A stretch of 61,435 nt of DNA, the filler included, from Nemertoderma westbladi (lineage: Eukaryota; Animalia; Xenacoelomorpha), in NCBI GenBank assembly GCA_032718475.1. It is 3 parts of 3 records of this genome, joined end to end, with 100 filler letters (N's around TTAATTAATTAA, not from the genome) between each part and the next. Parts side by side here need not be neighbours in the genome. Positions count along the whole stretch, not along the records: positions 19,346 to 40,975 come from JAUCBJ010003161.1; positions 41,076 to 61,435 come from JAUCBJ010003494.1; 1 more part is not named here. The stretch is one strand, 5' to 3'. Made by a program: the position numbers and the translations under genes. Below, piece by piece: positions 35,906 through 49,222 of this stretch. Numbering within the stretch: the first letter of the stretch is position 1; every line of letters begins with the position of its first letter. Under the pieces are notes generated by a model that worked only from the letters and a program-made list of their open reading frames with translations, made no database searches and had not been told where the DNA came from.

Positions 35906-38900
35906 TACAACACCAGTTTGAAACCGCCACCAACAGGGATTCGAACTCGTTTCTCCATGTTGTTTTATTTTATTTTCCTGCTTGCGCCCCGGCGGCTATA
36001 TTAAAGTTGTAATGATGTAAAAGAGAACAACAGTAAATGATTCACATTAAAATTGCATTAAAATATTAAACTGAAATAGATGTGCGGCTAACTATTGCCC
36101 AACAATACATTGTCTCCGATGAGATAAATTCCCATCTAATGTAGAGAGCAGGTGCAGAGTATGTAAGTAAATATACCATTCCCGAGTATTTAAATCACAT
36201 TCTGGAATACTTCTGGTGCACGTTGTCATGTTATATTGATGATAAGTTAATGGAGCCAACCTCGGTGTTCCCAAAGCCCAAGCAAGAGTCAAAGATATAT
36301 TCCTAGAATTAGCTCTCCTCGTATAATTAAACCAGATACTATACAGTACTGTAGATGCTGCACCAACATACTGTAGTACTAAAAAGATACTGAACTTTAT
36401 GTTTACCACAGTTAAATGATGAGTAAATAAAGTTTGCTTTATTGAGCTGTATTAAATATTCTAAGTTATTACATCCGAAAATAGCATGTAATATATTATC
36501 ACATATATTATGTAGTTCCCCATCCTCAAAATAGATCCCACCGCCTTCCTGCAAGTCCGAGCCGGACTTCCGATAACCGAGTGAACTATAGATACTGCGC
36601 AGTAAAAAATACACCTATATGGAAGACAAACAGTTCTCCACATCTGTGTGTCATGTGTTGGTATTGTTTTTTAATTTCTTCCGCAACCATTAAATCCCAT
36701 ACCTTGGCCAAGATAGAGGTAACTTTTTGTATCATCAACATGTCTATCTGAACTTTTTAGAAAGAGAATCAATACGCTAGTACAGAGGCATTCTGGAAAA
36801 GAGTCTGTAGCATCTCATATTAAAAAGTTTTGCCAAAAATCTTAAATCTATTATTACTATTTTTCCATTGATATGTTCGTTATCTTCAAAAATATTAGAA
36901 TAAAATTCCAGAGTAAAGCGTGAAAGGAATTCTATGTTGCCATAATCTTAATATTTCTTCACTTCTCACTATCGCGGAATTATGTTATTGAATCAACAAG
37001 CTGCGATTTAATCATTAATTTCGCAGCTTCGATGGGCTGCCATAACAACTCGGTGGGCCAATCAAATTAATTTTAGGAACTTCCATTTTCAATAATTCTT
37101 AAAAGAACAATAACCCATTTATTGCTTTGCTATGGTTACCTAACCATGGGATAGCGGCGAAAAGCAATTATATAAATTGCGATGTGAATGGCAGGCGAAA
37201 TCTGTGAATTAATTTAGGGTAACTTTTTTCTTTATTGATTTATGTTTCGATTGCGGGCATCTTACGCAAATATGATAATAATACCATGCAATAAATAAGA
37301 CGTTGTCGAGACTAATATAAAAGTCGAAAATAATCATACCATATTTACTAATTGAGAAATAATATTTGGTTATATTTAAGATAAACGCTTCGATATTTGT
37401 AAAATATAGGCCTACAGATAATAATGTTGCAATTTGTAATTAGGTCGGACTGAACTGTAAGGCAGCATGTGTGTTGTTGTTTATCAAGTTAATGTAATGG
37501 AACGATGCCTTTCGTGGTTGTTGTTGTTTTTGTTATAAGTTCAATTAATAGTCCAGTGAATTTAATTAATGTATCATATATGGCAAACTCTGTGATGCAA
37601 GAAGAAACGCATTTTAGAAATCTAATTGCAAAATCCTATTTTACTGAATGGAGCGCGCGTATAAAAGACACAAATGAGAATGGCGTGTTGGTGATACTTT
37701 TAGTTCAAAACATCTTATATAATGTATTATAAGTTTCAGATGAAAAGTAATCATTGCCATTATTGCAAGCGAATAGGTACTGTAAGTAAACTACGGTATA
37801 TTATGAGATAGCTGACACAAAGCTCGGCTGTTTTCAAGGTTATTTCCAAATAATAATTACTGGGTATCCGTTTCCAGAGCAGAGCAGTAGGCCTACTGTG
37901 CCATATACGAATGTTTTTAAGTCGGGAGTGTGCGAGGAAAATTATATTGTTCAATTTAAATCTAACTATGTACTGCATTATTTTCTTTAAAAGATTAAAA
38001 TTTTATTGACTTTTGTAAAGTATTTTATTTCACAGAAGGAACCTGTGTCGGTGTTTCCTTCATACCAGTTCTCATTGTGGCAATTAATCATATTTATTTC
38101 TTGTAAGTCACTCTTTTTGTCAAATTCGTTAACAAGTTTGACAAAAAAATAATACTTCTTTTTGTCAACAAAAAGTTATGTTGTAATAAATTTCAAAGTA
38201 ATTTCCATGACATTAATAATAATATTGCATTTAAATTGATTTGCACTGATGTTTCCACAGGTTATTTAATATTATAGAACATTTTATTATATCATAATAT
38301 TACGGTCTATTTTAACTGTTTTGCTGTTTCGCTTTATACAGTAGCACAGTATTTCACTATGGAAGAAGTTTGATATTTATGCTGAAATAGGCCCCGATAA
38401 AAGTGAGAACACTTACAACAAATAAAACGACATAAGTGGTGGCAACAAGTAACATTTCTTGTTTTCTTATTTGTCTCGCTCGCTCGCCAAATAATAACGC
38501 TCGACAAAAAAAAGTAAACTTTTTTTCCACCACTTAAATAGTTATTTTTTAACGTAAGGTTCAACTTGTAACTCAACATTTTGAAGGCAATCGGCACCGA
38601 TCCTCCACGTATTTCTCAATCGCGGCAATGGATAGCGCGCTGTAGAATTAATTCAGAGGCTGTCTTTATGTTATTCAGACCCAATCAATCAGTGATGTCA
38701 AAATGACAACCTATTTACTTATTTTAACCAAATTTTGAAACAACACTTAATTGGCCTTCTCTCTGTAATCACAAACACATCTTGTTAGCCTATCGCTAAT
38801 TCCCCCCAAAGCGATGTTCAAATCATAACAAAGAATAAAAATATAACACAACGTAGGTTGTGCACTCAGGACAGGAACTCGAACCAAATGAATAATTTAT

Positions 38901-39654
38901 AATTCTAGCAGCTATGCCGTCACAAGGGAATTTCTAACGCCTGATTCCATGGCAGTGCAGGTGTGTTACCATTAATTACATGCTGCCAAACAAGAAGTAA
39001 CACTTTGTACTAACTAACTAACAACTGTTAGGCCTATAGACGTCTGAGATTCTCTTAAATCATACTGTATAAATAAATTTACTGCACTCCCTTAGTGCAT
39101 ATAAATAATAAATTTATATAAAAGTAAGGCCTGTAAACATAAAGATTTCAGTTTTGGTTTGAACTTGTGTTAATTTTATTAATGATTAAATGTGTCGTAC
39201 AAATTTTATTTAATTATTTCAACTCAACTCAAATTTATTTTCAACATTAGGCCTGCATATTATCAACATGATAATTATAAACAATGAGATGGATGGAGAC
39301 AACGTATAGCACCGTGTGGTACTAGTAGTCACTGCCACCGTTTAAGTTTGGTAATATTATAATGATATTATAGTGATTATTAATTTACACATATTTAATC
39401 GAAAAGTTAAAATTTATAAAATTTTTATGATAAATATAAACCCTCTACTTCATTTGTAGCATTTAAGATGGGATGGCTGTTTTATTGGATGGCGGAAAAA
39501 ATATTATAATTTAAATAAATTTGGTAATTTGGAGCCTAAGGAATACTAGGATTTGAAATTAAATAGAGCTTATTCTAAAGTTATCAAATAATAATCTGAA
39601 ATTTAAGGAGTATTTTCCCGATATTTTTATCTAAACAATTATGTGATATTAAGG

Positions 39655-40930
39655 CACCGTGTGTAGGCGTGACCCCACGCCTGGGTTGTACATGGCACCC
39701 CGCCAGGTGAAGGCGTGACCCCCCCACACGGGTAGTACTTGGTACACCACTGGGTGTAGGCGTGACCCCACACCTGGGTAGTACATGGCACCCCGCCAGG
39801 TGAAGGCGTGACCCCCCCACACTGGGTAGTACTTGGCACACCACTGGGTGTAGGCGTGACCCCACACCTGGGTAGTACATGGCACCCCACCGTGTGTAGG
39901 CGTGACCCCACACCTGGGTAGTACATGGCACCCCACCGTGTGTAGGCGTGACCCCACACCTGGGTAGTACATGGTACCCAACCGGGTGTAGGCGTGACCC
40001 CCCCACACGGGTAGTACTTGGCACACCACTGGGTGTATGCGTGACCCCACACCCGGGTAGTACATGGCACCCCGCCGGGTGTAGGCGTGACCCCCCACCC
40101 ATGTAATACATGGCACACGACCTGGTGTAGGAGTGACCCCCACCCGGGTAGTACATGGTACCCCACCAGGTAAAGGCGTGACCCCCCCACACGGGTAGTA
40201 CTTGGTACACCACTGGGTGTAGGCGTGACCCCCCACCCATGTAATACATGGCACACGACCTGGTGTAGGCGTGACCCCCCACCCGGGTAGTACAGGTACC
40301 CCACCAGCTAAAGGCGTGACCCCCCCACACGGGTAGTACTTGGCACACCACTGGGTGTAGGCGTGACCCCCCATCCATGTAATACATGGCACACGACCTG
40401 GTGTAGGCGTGACCCCCCATCCGGGTAGTACATGGTACCACACCAGGTAAAGGCGTGACCTCCCCCCCACACGGGTAGTACTTGGCACACCACTGGGTGT
40501 AGGCGTGACCCCACACCCGGGTAGTACATGGTACTCCACCAGGTAAAGGCGTGACCCCCCACACGGGTAGTACTTGGCACACCACTGGGTGTAGGCGTGA
40601 CCCCACACCCGGGTAGTACATGAGGCGTGACCCCCCCCCCCCCCCCACACGGGTAGTACTTGGTACACCACTGGGTGTAGGCGTGACCCCACACCCGGGT
40701 AGTACTTGACACCCCACTGGGTGTAGGCGTGACAACACACCCGAGTAGTACATGGTACCCCAGCAGGTAAAGGCGAGACCCCCCCCCCCCCCACGGGTTG
40801 TACTTGACACCCCACTGGGTGTAGGCGTGACAACACACCCGGGTAGTACATGGCACACCACTGCGTGACCCCATGCCTGGTTAGTACATGGCACACCACT
40901 GGGTGTATGCGTGACACCATGCCTGGGCAG
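39655..40930. repeat. ~41-bp GC-rich satellite, ~30 copies
   Basis: Variants of GGTGTAGGCGTGACCCCACACCCGGGTAGTACATGGCACCCC. Confidence 0.95.
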
Positions 40931-40975
40931 TATCATAGCACATGCTGTACATTAAGTTACACTTCTATAGGTACG

Positions 40976-41075
40976 NNNNNNNNNNNNNNNNNNNNNNNNN
41001 NNNNNNNNNNNNNNNNNNNTTAATTAATTAANNNNNNNNNNNNNNNNNNNNNNNNNNNNNNNNNNNNNNNNNNNN
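40976..41075. other. Artificial contig linker
   Basis: 44 N + TTAATTAATTAA + 44 N. Confidence 0.95.
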
Positions 41076-41754
41076 TTTATATTGTTATACTGCTATTTAC
41101 TGTCAGTTATTCATTATATTTGTTGATGAATTATTATATTGGAATAACGAGAAATAACCCCGACACCCAATATTCTTGATATACCGAAGGTAAGAGAGAA
41201 AGGTTACCAATAACGATTGTGACTTATGTTAAAGTGGTTTGAAGTGAATCTAATGTTATTTGATAGACCCTACATGAGTCAGTCTGTGTTCCTTTTATAT
41301 GTGACTAAAATCAGTGAAGATTGGCAGATTAGTGTGCAGTATTGTGCAGCATTGCGTATGAGTGAGTCTGTTAAAGAAGCATTTCCTAAAGAATGCGCCA
41401 TATATTTTAATTATAATTAAGCCATATCGTTGTGAGTAGTTTAAGTCATAACTCTGTTTATATAGATAAAGCGCCACGTCCTAAAGGAACTGTTAATATT
41501 TCCGAAGGTAAATAATATTGTCAGAGATTATATAATACTGTCAGTCGAATAATACATTAAGCTTACATAGCAATAAAATTAAACCGTCGAACCCAATCTC
41601 CCGGGAATATCCAGCGGGTGAATGGTCGCGCACGGATTGGTTTTGACTAGTGTAGTGAATCAAATACTTGTCATAGGCTAAAAAGCGATTTAATATCTAG
41701 AAGACATCTTAATTTGGCGGGTTAAACTGCCAAAGGTCTGAAAGCGCGAACAAT
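41076..41754 (+). mobile_element. Inverted fragment (LTR end plus leader) of BEL subfamily A
   Basis: Close reverse complement of about 7537-8216. ORF 41226-41420 mirrors 7870-8064. Confidence 0.9.
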
Positions 41755-42008
41755 CTATATAAACAGAGCTATGGCTTACACTAAACACAACGGAATGGAT
41801 TATAAGTTACACATAAGGCGCATTCTTTAGGAGATGCTTTGTTACGCGGACAAGCACATACAGACTATTGCACACCGCTGCACACTGAATTGCCGATAGT
41901 CACTGATTTTAATCATATATAAAGAGAATAGCAACCGACATTTGTAGGGCCTATAAAATAGCATTCAATTCACTACAAACCACGATAATATAAGTCGCAA
42001 TTGCTATA

Positions 42009-42628
42009 TGTAGCCGGTCTCTCTAACCTTAGTGTATCAAGAAGATCGGGGTTTCTGATCGTTTATAGTTATTCTCCAAATAACAATATGCAAACGAATG
42101 ATACATTTAATAACAAACAGCAAATAGCAGTAAATAATGTGCAATACGTACCGTACCGTTATGTGTTCTTAGTGTCTCGTACCGCTGTACCGGTAACAGT
42201 TATGTGTTCTTATAATTAAAGCCGTTCTAATGTTGGAATAAAACAGAATAATTCCATAGCCGATGTTCATGGCATCAGGAAAACCAACACACTGAACCCT
42301 GTGAGCTGTTGCAGGTAGCTTTCAACACAAGGAGGAAAAGCTCTCATTGGCAGAGTTCCAGTTTCTATAAGTTCCATGAATGTCTAAATGCCAAACCTCC
42401 CTAGCCTTTGCAGCCCATAGCCAATACAAGGCTAAATCGCTTGGTCTGCTTGGTCGATCATTGTTCTGATTGGTTAATCGAACAGAACAAAGAGGCCATA
42501 TGTACAGCAAATCAGCCAACCAGCGGGCGGATTGTGCCACTAGAAGCAACAGTTTAGAGGATTTGAGCGAATGGGGAAAAACTGGATTACAAATGGAAAA
42601 GGCCAGTTATATCCCCAAAGCTTTTACA
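42009..42628 (-). repeat. LTR, subfamily B (3' LTR of the unit)
   Basis: TGTA...TACA termini, preceded on the minus strand by the PPT-like tract. Confidence 0.75.
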
Positions 42629-43034
42629 CCGCTCCCAGAAAATGGGATTTAATTATATAAAATATAAAAAATCACAGTTTCTAAAATATAAAAATACTCT
42701 AAACAGTTAGTCTTTCTTGCGCGGACGGCGTTTACGCAGTTTCTTGAGGCTAGCAAGAGTCCTTTTCTCTTTGGGGCGAGCCACTTTACTAGGAGGGCTA
42801 TAACTCCTGGGTGAAGGGTGCAATACAATTGCATCAGAAGATTAGGGTTATGGTCGGTGTCTCGTCCATTTCGATATGCTTCTCCCCGAGCTGATTTTCC
42901 TCTGCTTGTCGTTGGATGTGTCCATCCAAAAATTCTCGCGGAGAATAGGGTCGTCCAAGTTCGATAACTTCTTAGAGATTCTGGATTTCCCGATCGAACT
43001 GAGATAAAGTTACTTTGTTTACCGCTTGGACTTG

Positions 43035-44072
43035 CTAGTGCAATTTACGTTTATCTGAACAAGCGTAGGTTCCTTTTCTGATCTTTTGTAGAATAGCGTC
43101 TAACGCGTTTGGTACAACGCTCTCCTCCACTTTGGTGACAGGTTGTATCGGTGTTAAACCGGGACGATGGTAAGGGTTAAACGGCGATATTAAATGTCCG
43201 CATCCCAATCCGGCTAGGTAGGATGGGCTAATATCTAGGAAGCCCACAACCGGGGTGCCACCGACTAATTGTTCAGGTAACACTAGATCTTTGAACAGTG
43301 AGTACAACTCGGGAGGATCCGTCATACTAATAGGATCAAGAGTCTGAGGTCTCACTAGGGAATGAGGAGGTCTGATCGAGTATTCCTGAACTCTGATCAT
43401 TGGTTTATTTAAGGATCGTCTGAGTCGAACGAGCGTAGGTGATACGTCAAACAAATTTCGCTCGAAACTCCCGTAAGTATAGCGAGTAAAACCGTGTTTA
43501 GCGCAACGTCTCCGCGGATGTTTATGTCTTTCCGTTTGTTGGTTGGGTCTTGGGCATTCGTCGCAATAATAGGGGAAACGCGAGTGATCTTTCTCCAGTT
43601 TACAATATTCCTCCATCTGTTCGAAGCTATCCGGTACAACAGGTAGCGGTCGATCGGCAGTAAGATACATCATAGTGGAATAGAGCCGTTTGAGTTCTAC
43701 CATGCGGTCATGATGTATACTTTGAGGATATCGAGTTTCTAGATTCTGTTGACTGGTAATATTGAGATATGTTTCTCTCAAGAATTCCAGATATTCGTTG
43801 AAGTCGCTGCGTTTATCCGGCTCTTCAACATCTTCACTTTCGAGTCGGTTTCGAATATAATTTTCGTGTTCGAGTCTCGGTTTATCCTTCCGCTTCCGCT
43901 GGGTATGATATTTAAATAAAACCATTTCCCTTTCGGTGTCTATATCGTCCGTATCGTGTAGGTCGATAGGATGACCGGTAGTTAAGAAGTCCATATACGT
44001 ACCATTACGATGTGTATAGCGAGCGGTGAATTTTCTACAGTCCAACCCACGCGCAAGTTGCTTCCGGTACAT
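43035..44072 (-). CDS. Unrecognised 345-aa ORF in the 3' region of the BEL element
   Basis: Long open frame with a CDEC-x16-CAKH motif. The frame appears to extend both ways through stops, so it is probably a decaying larger ORF. Confidence 0.6.
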   Translation of the reverse strand: MYRKQLARGLDCRKFTARYTHRNGTYMDFLTTGHPIDLHDTDDIDTEREMVLFKYHTQRKRKDKPRLEHENYIRNRLESEDVEEPDKRSDFNEYLEFLRETYLNITSQQNLETRYPQSIHHDRMVELKRLYSTMMYLTADRPLPVVPDSFEQMEEYCKLEKDHSRFPYYCDECPRPNQQTERHKHPRRRCAKHGFTRYTYGSFERNLFDVSPTLVRLRRSLNKPMIRVQEYSIRPPHSLVRPQTLDPISMTDPPELYSLFKDLVLPEQLVGGTPVVGFLDISPSYLAGLGCGHLISPFNPYHRPGLTPIQPVTKVEESVVPNALDAILQKIRKGTYACSDKRKLH

Positions 44073-44370
44073 TGGCGGTTAGATATAACGACCATCGTCC
44101 TCCGTAGTAGTTGGACCAGCGTCACCGCGTATCAAGCTATCAACAAACGCTTGTAAAGGTAGAGTATATCGCTCCCTGATACCAAGATCATCTTCTATCA
44201 ACTCAATCATATCTGCTATATAAGTTTATCCATATTATAATGAGTTTATATTTAGGCGAGCGGGCGTCGCTGCCTACCCCTCTCTGCCCCCGGACAGTGT
44301 AAGATCCTCAGCGCCGATATACCGTCGTCGCTGTGCTTTCGCCAATGATGTAGCTACACAACGACAACGA

Positions 44371-45568
44371 TAACTTTCTTGGGCCATTGTGTTATTTAAT
44401 ATCGAGTTATCGGTATATAAATTTCTCGGATTATTATCAAGTCTATATGGGATATCATTGTCAACAGGATTATAATTACCCTTAATAGGGTTTACTATAG
44501 GAGTTTCTACTTCGCTAGCAGTATAGATGCGTGTAGGCTCCACACCTTGCGCATGAGATACTTCAGACCTAACGGGTTGACATATTGTCACAGAGGGTGG
44601 TGATATACCCTTTTGTAAATTTACTAATTTATCGCGTTCTAGCGCGATACTTCGCTGCACTTCTTGCAACTCTGACCTACTTTCCTTTACGTTTCCCTTT
44701 AACTGTTGAACACTGTCCCTTCTAACTCTCGGACCTGTTGGGAGGAGCGCACTCGATTCTCCTCCATCTTTCCGAGAAGAATATCCATCCCCCGCCGTCT
44801 CTCGTCTACCCAATCAACCGCCGAAGCGGGATCCGCCAACGTTGTAGCGGGCAGACGAGGGACTACGGGTGATATATCCTTTATATTTCGCTCGGAGTCC
44901 AGGACCGACACTGTTTCAGGGGCTGTTCCTCTAGGCACAGATAATTTGGTGCTGTGTAAAGGGAATTTAAAGGTAGGTTCTGGGAGTACAGGTGTCTCTA
45001 TCACCGAAGGGGTGATTTCAAGAACAGGCCTAATTATTTCAGGCTCATCTACTATAGTAGGGAGTCTTTCTATTTTAATTATTTGGTCTGTGGGTTCTGT
45101 ACTACCTATGTCTACACTATCCAGTTGCATTCTCGCCTCAGGAGGTAACGTCCGCTTGAGCATCCGTCTACGTCCGCTTGAACGAGATTTATTACTTCTA
45201 CCCTCGGGATTTCTCATATCACCTTCATCGGAGGAGGCAAATCCCTGTCTTCTGGAGGTATATCGACTCAGTAACCGCATCTGAGCTGCATCCATAGCTG
45301 TCCTTTGCTTCTCCAAGCACTCCCGCCTCGCCCGAAGTTTCTCCAGCTCTAGTTGGGTGGTCTCTTCAGATGCTCTTAGTTCTGCTTCTGCCACTGCTAT
45401 CCTTCTTTCCGCTTCTGCCGCTGCCGCTTTCCTATCCGCTTCTGCCGCTGCTACCTTTCTTTCCGCTTCTTTTCTGTCTTCTATCCTTTCAAGACACTGT
45501 CCAAGTCGAAGACTCATTCTAACACCTTTCAAAAGACTATCTGACAGTGCCCGTTTTGTGTCAGACAT
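44371..45568 (-). pseudogene. gag: Doubly deleted gag of subfamily B
   Basis: MSDTKRALSDSLL joins almost directly to RIEDRK (about 350 codons missing versus A). Homology to A stops at NNTMAQES, before the capsid region. Confidence 0.88.
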
Positions 45569-46904
45569 ATTTGATTGTACAGTTGAATGCCTACTGCTAT
45601 ATTACAGTTAAAGCAAGTCTAGTAATTCAGTATCAACTGTTAGCCTAGTAATTAAATTACCGATACTGTTACTCAGTGTAACGTGATATATATACAATGT
45701 ATCAGAATACCGGTATACACTTATAGTATATATATAAGTACAAGGACAGGTTAGGTTTGGTTACAGAATACCGGTATAATTTCAGCACAAATATATATAA
45801 ATATATAATAGGCCTATCGTGAATACCGGTATACAGCTTACACTTATAGTATATATAAGTATAATTATGAACTAGAATTAATTACAGAGTACCGGTATAA
45901 TTGCAGCCTAAATTTATAGAAATAAATATAATAAGCCTATTGTAAATACCGGTGTGTCAATTATTTTAGAATAATTGAATTTCTGAATTTTAGGGGTTAC
46001 TTGGTTACTTTAACTTACTTTATTACCGTTATTTGAGCAGTAGTCCAACTGATATTGAGACCTAGTTGTTGTATGGCAGGCCTACTATTTATAAATCGTT
46101 TGAGTTGATTTATAATATATATATACCCGTTTAATGGGTTTTGTCAATATTTGAAATAAATGTTATTATTTCTGGGGGAGTCACTACACAGAAGCTGTGC
46201 GCTCTCAGTGAAGTGCTACTTGTTGGACACTAAAACAAATAATTCTAATTTACCTAAGTTACTTAATACTACAAATTACGTACAATTCGGGGTGAGATTA
46301 CAATCTCTAAATAAACACAAAAATTTACAAGTACGAATTTTTAGGGTAATTTTACAAGAAGTCTACTAACCAGCCTAACAAAGGGTTAGAATATCTGGTT
46401 ATTACAACGGACAGGATACTACGGTATTTGAAAATAATAAGTAGTAGTAAATACACTGCTTTGTCCAGATAGGAAAATACCACCGTCTGACGACTTATAG
46501 CCATATCGCTATAAGTACTACGTTATGTATCATGGAGTGTTCCTACCCAGAAGTTAATTACCGCGGTCTACCAGAACCAACGTGCCTATTAACCACTTTA
46601 CAACACAAATATACTGCCTACACACTAATCACCTTCGGAAAGCACTGTACACTAAACCCTAAATTAGGTACAAGTACTTGTACAACAAATAATCAGTAGT
46701 TAAAAATACTTAAACAGCTAAAAGAACCACGGTATCTGCCGGAGTGACCAAAGCATAAAATCTCCAGTCTTTACCTACGCCAAGCAGCCCTGATGTAGTA
46801 CCGGGGTTAGTTTAACTATAACGGTATGTATAACAAGCACAATTACTGTAGGAATAAACTTGGGGATATGAATGTTGCGAATAATAGCATAAACTCTGAA
46901 TAAT

Positions 46905-47770
46905 AAATATTACGCTACGCGTACAGACTACTCAAACAAAATGCAGACCAAATACTGACAGACTACTATCAAGCCTAAACAAACTACGGTATATGCAGAC
47001 TCCGAAATGGTTAGTTAGTATGCGTTCTAACCTAGTAGTACGACTTATTCTTTCAGAGGGGGTTTACCTCACAGCACTGGAAGCCCCTACGTTCCCAACT
47101 GGCACTTTATCGGACATACACTCTACACACACCGAAACTTCCTCAGACCCAACAACAGCCAGACAACTATCCAGCCTACAAATTATCTAAATAAGAACTA
47201 TACGCTACCTGTACAGACTATACAAACAAAGTACAGACCAAACGATGGCAGACTACTATCAAGCCTAAATAAACTACAGTATATGCAGACTCCGAAATGG
47301 TTAGTTAGTATGCGTTCTAACCTAGTAGTACGACTTATTCTTTCAGAGGGGGTTTACCTCACAGCACTGGAAGCCCCTACGTTCCCAACTGGCACTTTAT
47401 CGGACATACACTCTATACACACCGAAACTTCCTCAGACCCAACAACAGCCAGACAGCTATCCAGCCTACAAATTATCTAAATAAGAATTATACGCTACCT
47501 GTACAGACTACACAAACAAAGTACAGACCAAACGATGGCAGACTACTATCAAGCCTAAATAAACTACAGTATATGCAGACTCCGAAATGATTAGTTAGTA
47601 TGCGTTCTAACCTAGTAGTACGACTTATTCTTTCAAAGGGGGTTTACCTCACAGCACTTGAAGCCCCTACGTTCCTAACTAGCACTTTATCGGACAGATG
47701 CTCTACACACACTGCAATCCGTTCAGACTTCACAACAGTCAGACAACTATCCAGCCTACAAATTATCTGT
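46905..47770. repeat. Three tandem 290-bp units in the subfamily B leader
   Basis: ATGCAGACTCCGAAATG at 46993, 47283 and 47573. Confidence 0.92.
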
Positions 47771-48602
47771 ACAATCTGAGCAGGCTTACACATCTTCTGC
47801 TCAATCTTAACCTACAAATAAATAAAACCGACAGAAATAAGTAAACTATACAAAGGAATGAGGGGTGATCAATCCCTAATCCCCTAGCAGCCTACAATAT
47901 ACAATATCACAATCGAAATAGTACTGCTGTACCCGTACTGTAAGTAAGTACCGGTCCGGATGATCAGGCAGTCAGGCCTACTGGTTACCGGTCGACCGGT
48001 ACTATCAACTTGATTGCTTACGCCGCAATCAAGAAGCTATAACTGTTACTGTTCGCGCTTTTAAGACCTTTGGCAGTTTAACCCGCCAAATCTATATGTC
48101 TTCTAGGTTATAAATTGACTTTAGCCTATGACAAGTATTTGAGACAAATAAATCCAACATTAGCCGAAGCCAGTCTATGCGCGACCATTCACCCGCTGGA
48201 TATACCCGGGAGACTGGATTCGGATGCTTTAATTTGATTGCGGTGCAGGCCTACCGTACTATTCGATTGATCGTTAATATATAATCTCTGACAAATATTA
48301 TTCACTTTCGGGAAATATTAGCAGTTCCTTTAGGACGTGGCGCTCTATCTATATAAACAGAGCTATGGCTTACACTAAACACAACGGAATGGATTATAAG
48401 TTACACATAAGGCGCATTCTTTAGGAGATGCTTTGTTACGCGGACAAGCACATACAGACTATTGCACACCGCTGCACACTGAATTGCCGATAGTCACTGA
48501 TTTTAATCATATATAAAGAGAATAGCAACCGACATTTGTAGGGCCTATAAAATAGCATTCAATTCACTACAAACCACGATAATATAAGTCGCAATTGCTA
48601 TA

Positions 48603-49222
48603 TGTAGCCGGTCTCTCTAACCTTAGTGTATCAAGAAGATCGGGGTTTCTGATCGTTTATAGTTATTCTCCAAATAACAATATGCAAACGAATGATACAT
48701 TTAATAACAAACAGCAAATAGCAGTAAATAATGTGCAATACGTACCGTACCGTTATGTGTTCTTAGTGTCTCGTACCGCTGTACCGGTAACAGTTATGTG
48801 TTCTTATAATTAAAGCCGTTCTAATGTTGGAATAAAACAGAATAATTCCATAGCCGATGTTCATGGCATCAGGAAAACCAACACACTGAACCCTGTGAGC
48901 TGTTGCAGGTAGCTTTCAACACAAGGAGGAAAAGCTCTCATTGGCAGAGTTCCAGTTTCTATAAGTTCCATGAATGTCTAAATGCCAAACCTCCCTAGCC
49001 TTTGCAGCCCATAGCCAATACAAGGCTAAATCGCTTGGTCTGCTTGGTCGATCATTGTTCTGATTGGTTAATCGAACAGAACAAAGAGGCCATATGTACA
49101 GCAAATCAGCCAACCAGCGGGCGGATTGTGCCACTAGAAGCAACAGTTTAGAGGATTTGAGCGAATGGGGAAAAACTGGATTACAAATGGAAAAGGCCAG
49201 TTATATCCCCAAAGCTTTTACA
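48603..49222 (-). repeat. LTR, subfamily B (5' LTR, shared with an upstream unit)
   Basis: Matches 42009-42628 and is also preceded by the PPT-like tract and 3' internal sequence. Confidence 0.75.

Larger units (their letters stand above)
42009..49222 (-). mobile_element. BEL/Pao subfamily B: internally deleted, pol-less element with two LTRs
   Basis: Apparently identical LTRs 6594 bp apart. PPT-like GGGAGCGG precedes TGTAAAAGC. Leader and gag are homologous to subfamily A. Confidence 0.85.

Noticed and set aside
35915-35960. tRNA gene (B-box GAGTTCGAATCCC on minus)
   Set aside because: No A-box or cloverleaf.
32490-36012. Dozens of overlapping Cys/Tyr-rich ORFs
   Set aside because: They are translations of the 20-bp and 65-bp tandem repeats.
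36090-37250. Possible decayed transposase
   Set aside because: No recognisable motif in the frames I examined.
39584-40936. 450-aa and 423-aa ORFs
   Set aside because: They are stop-free satellite frames that switch with C-run length and show no domain signal.
41753-42960. A single 1.2-kb LTR
   Set aside because: The repeat contains an internal PPT/TGT boundary, coding 3' sequence and leader sequence, so it is better explained as a tandem junction around a ~620-bp LTR.
44225-44345. SGNH-esterase-like hint (LHCPGA...KLIIIW)
   Set aside because: Too short, no catalytic GDS or GxND motif, and not in frame with the 345-aa ORF.
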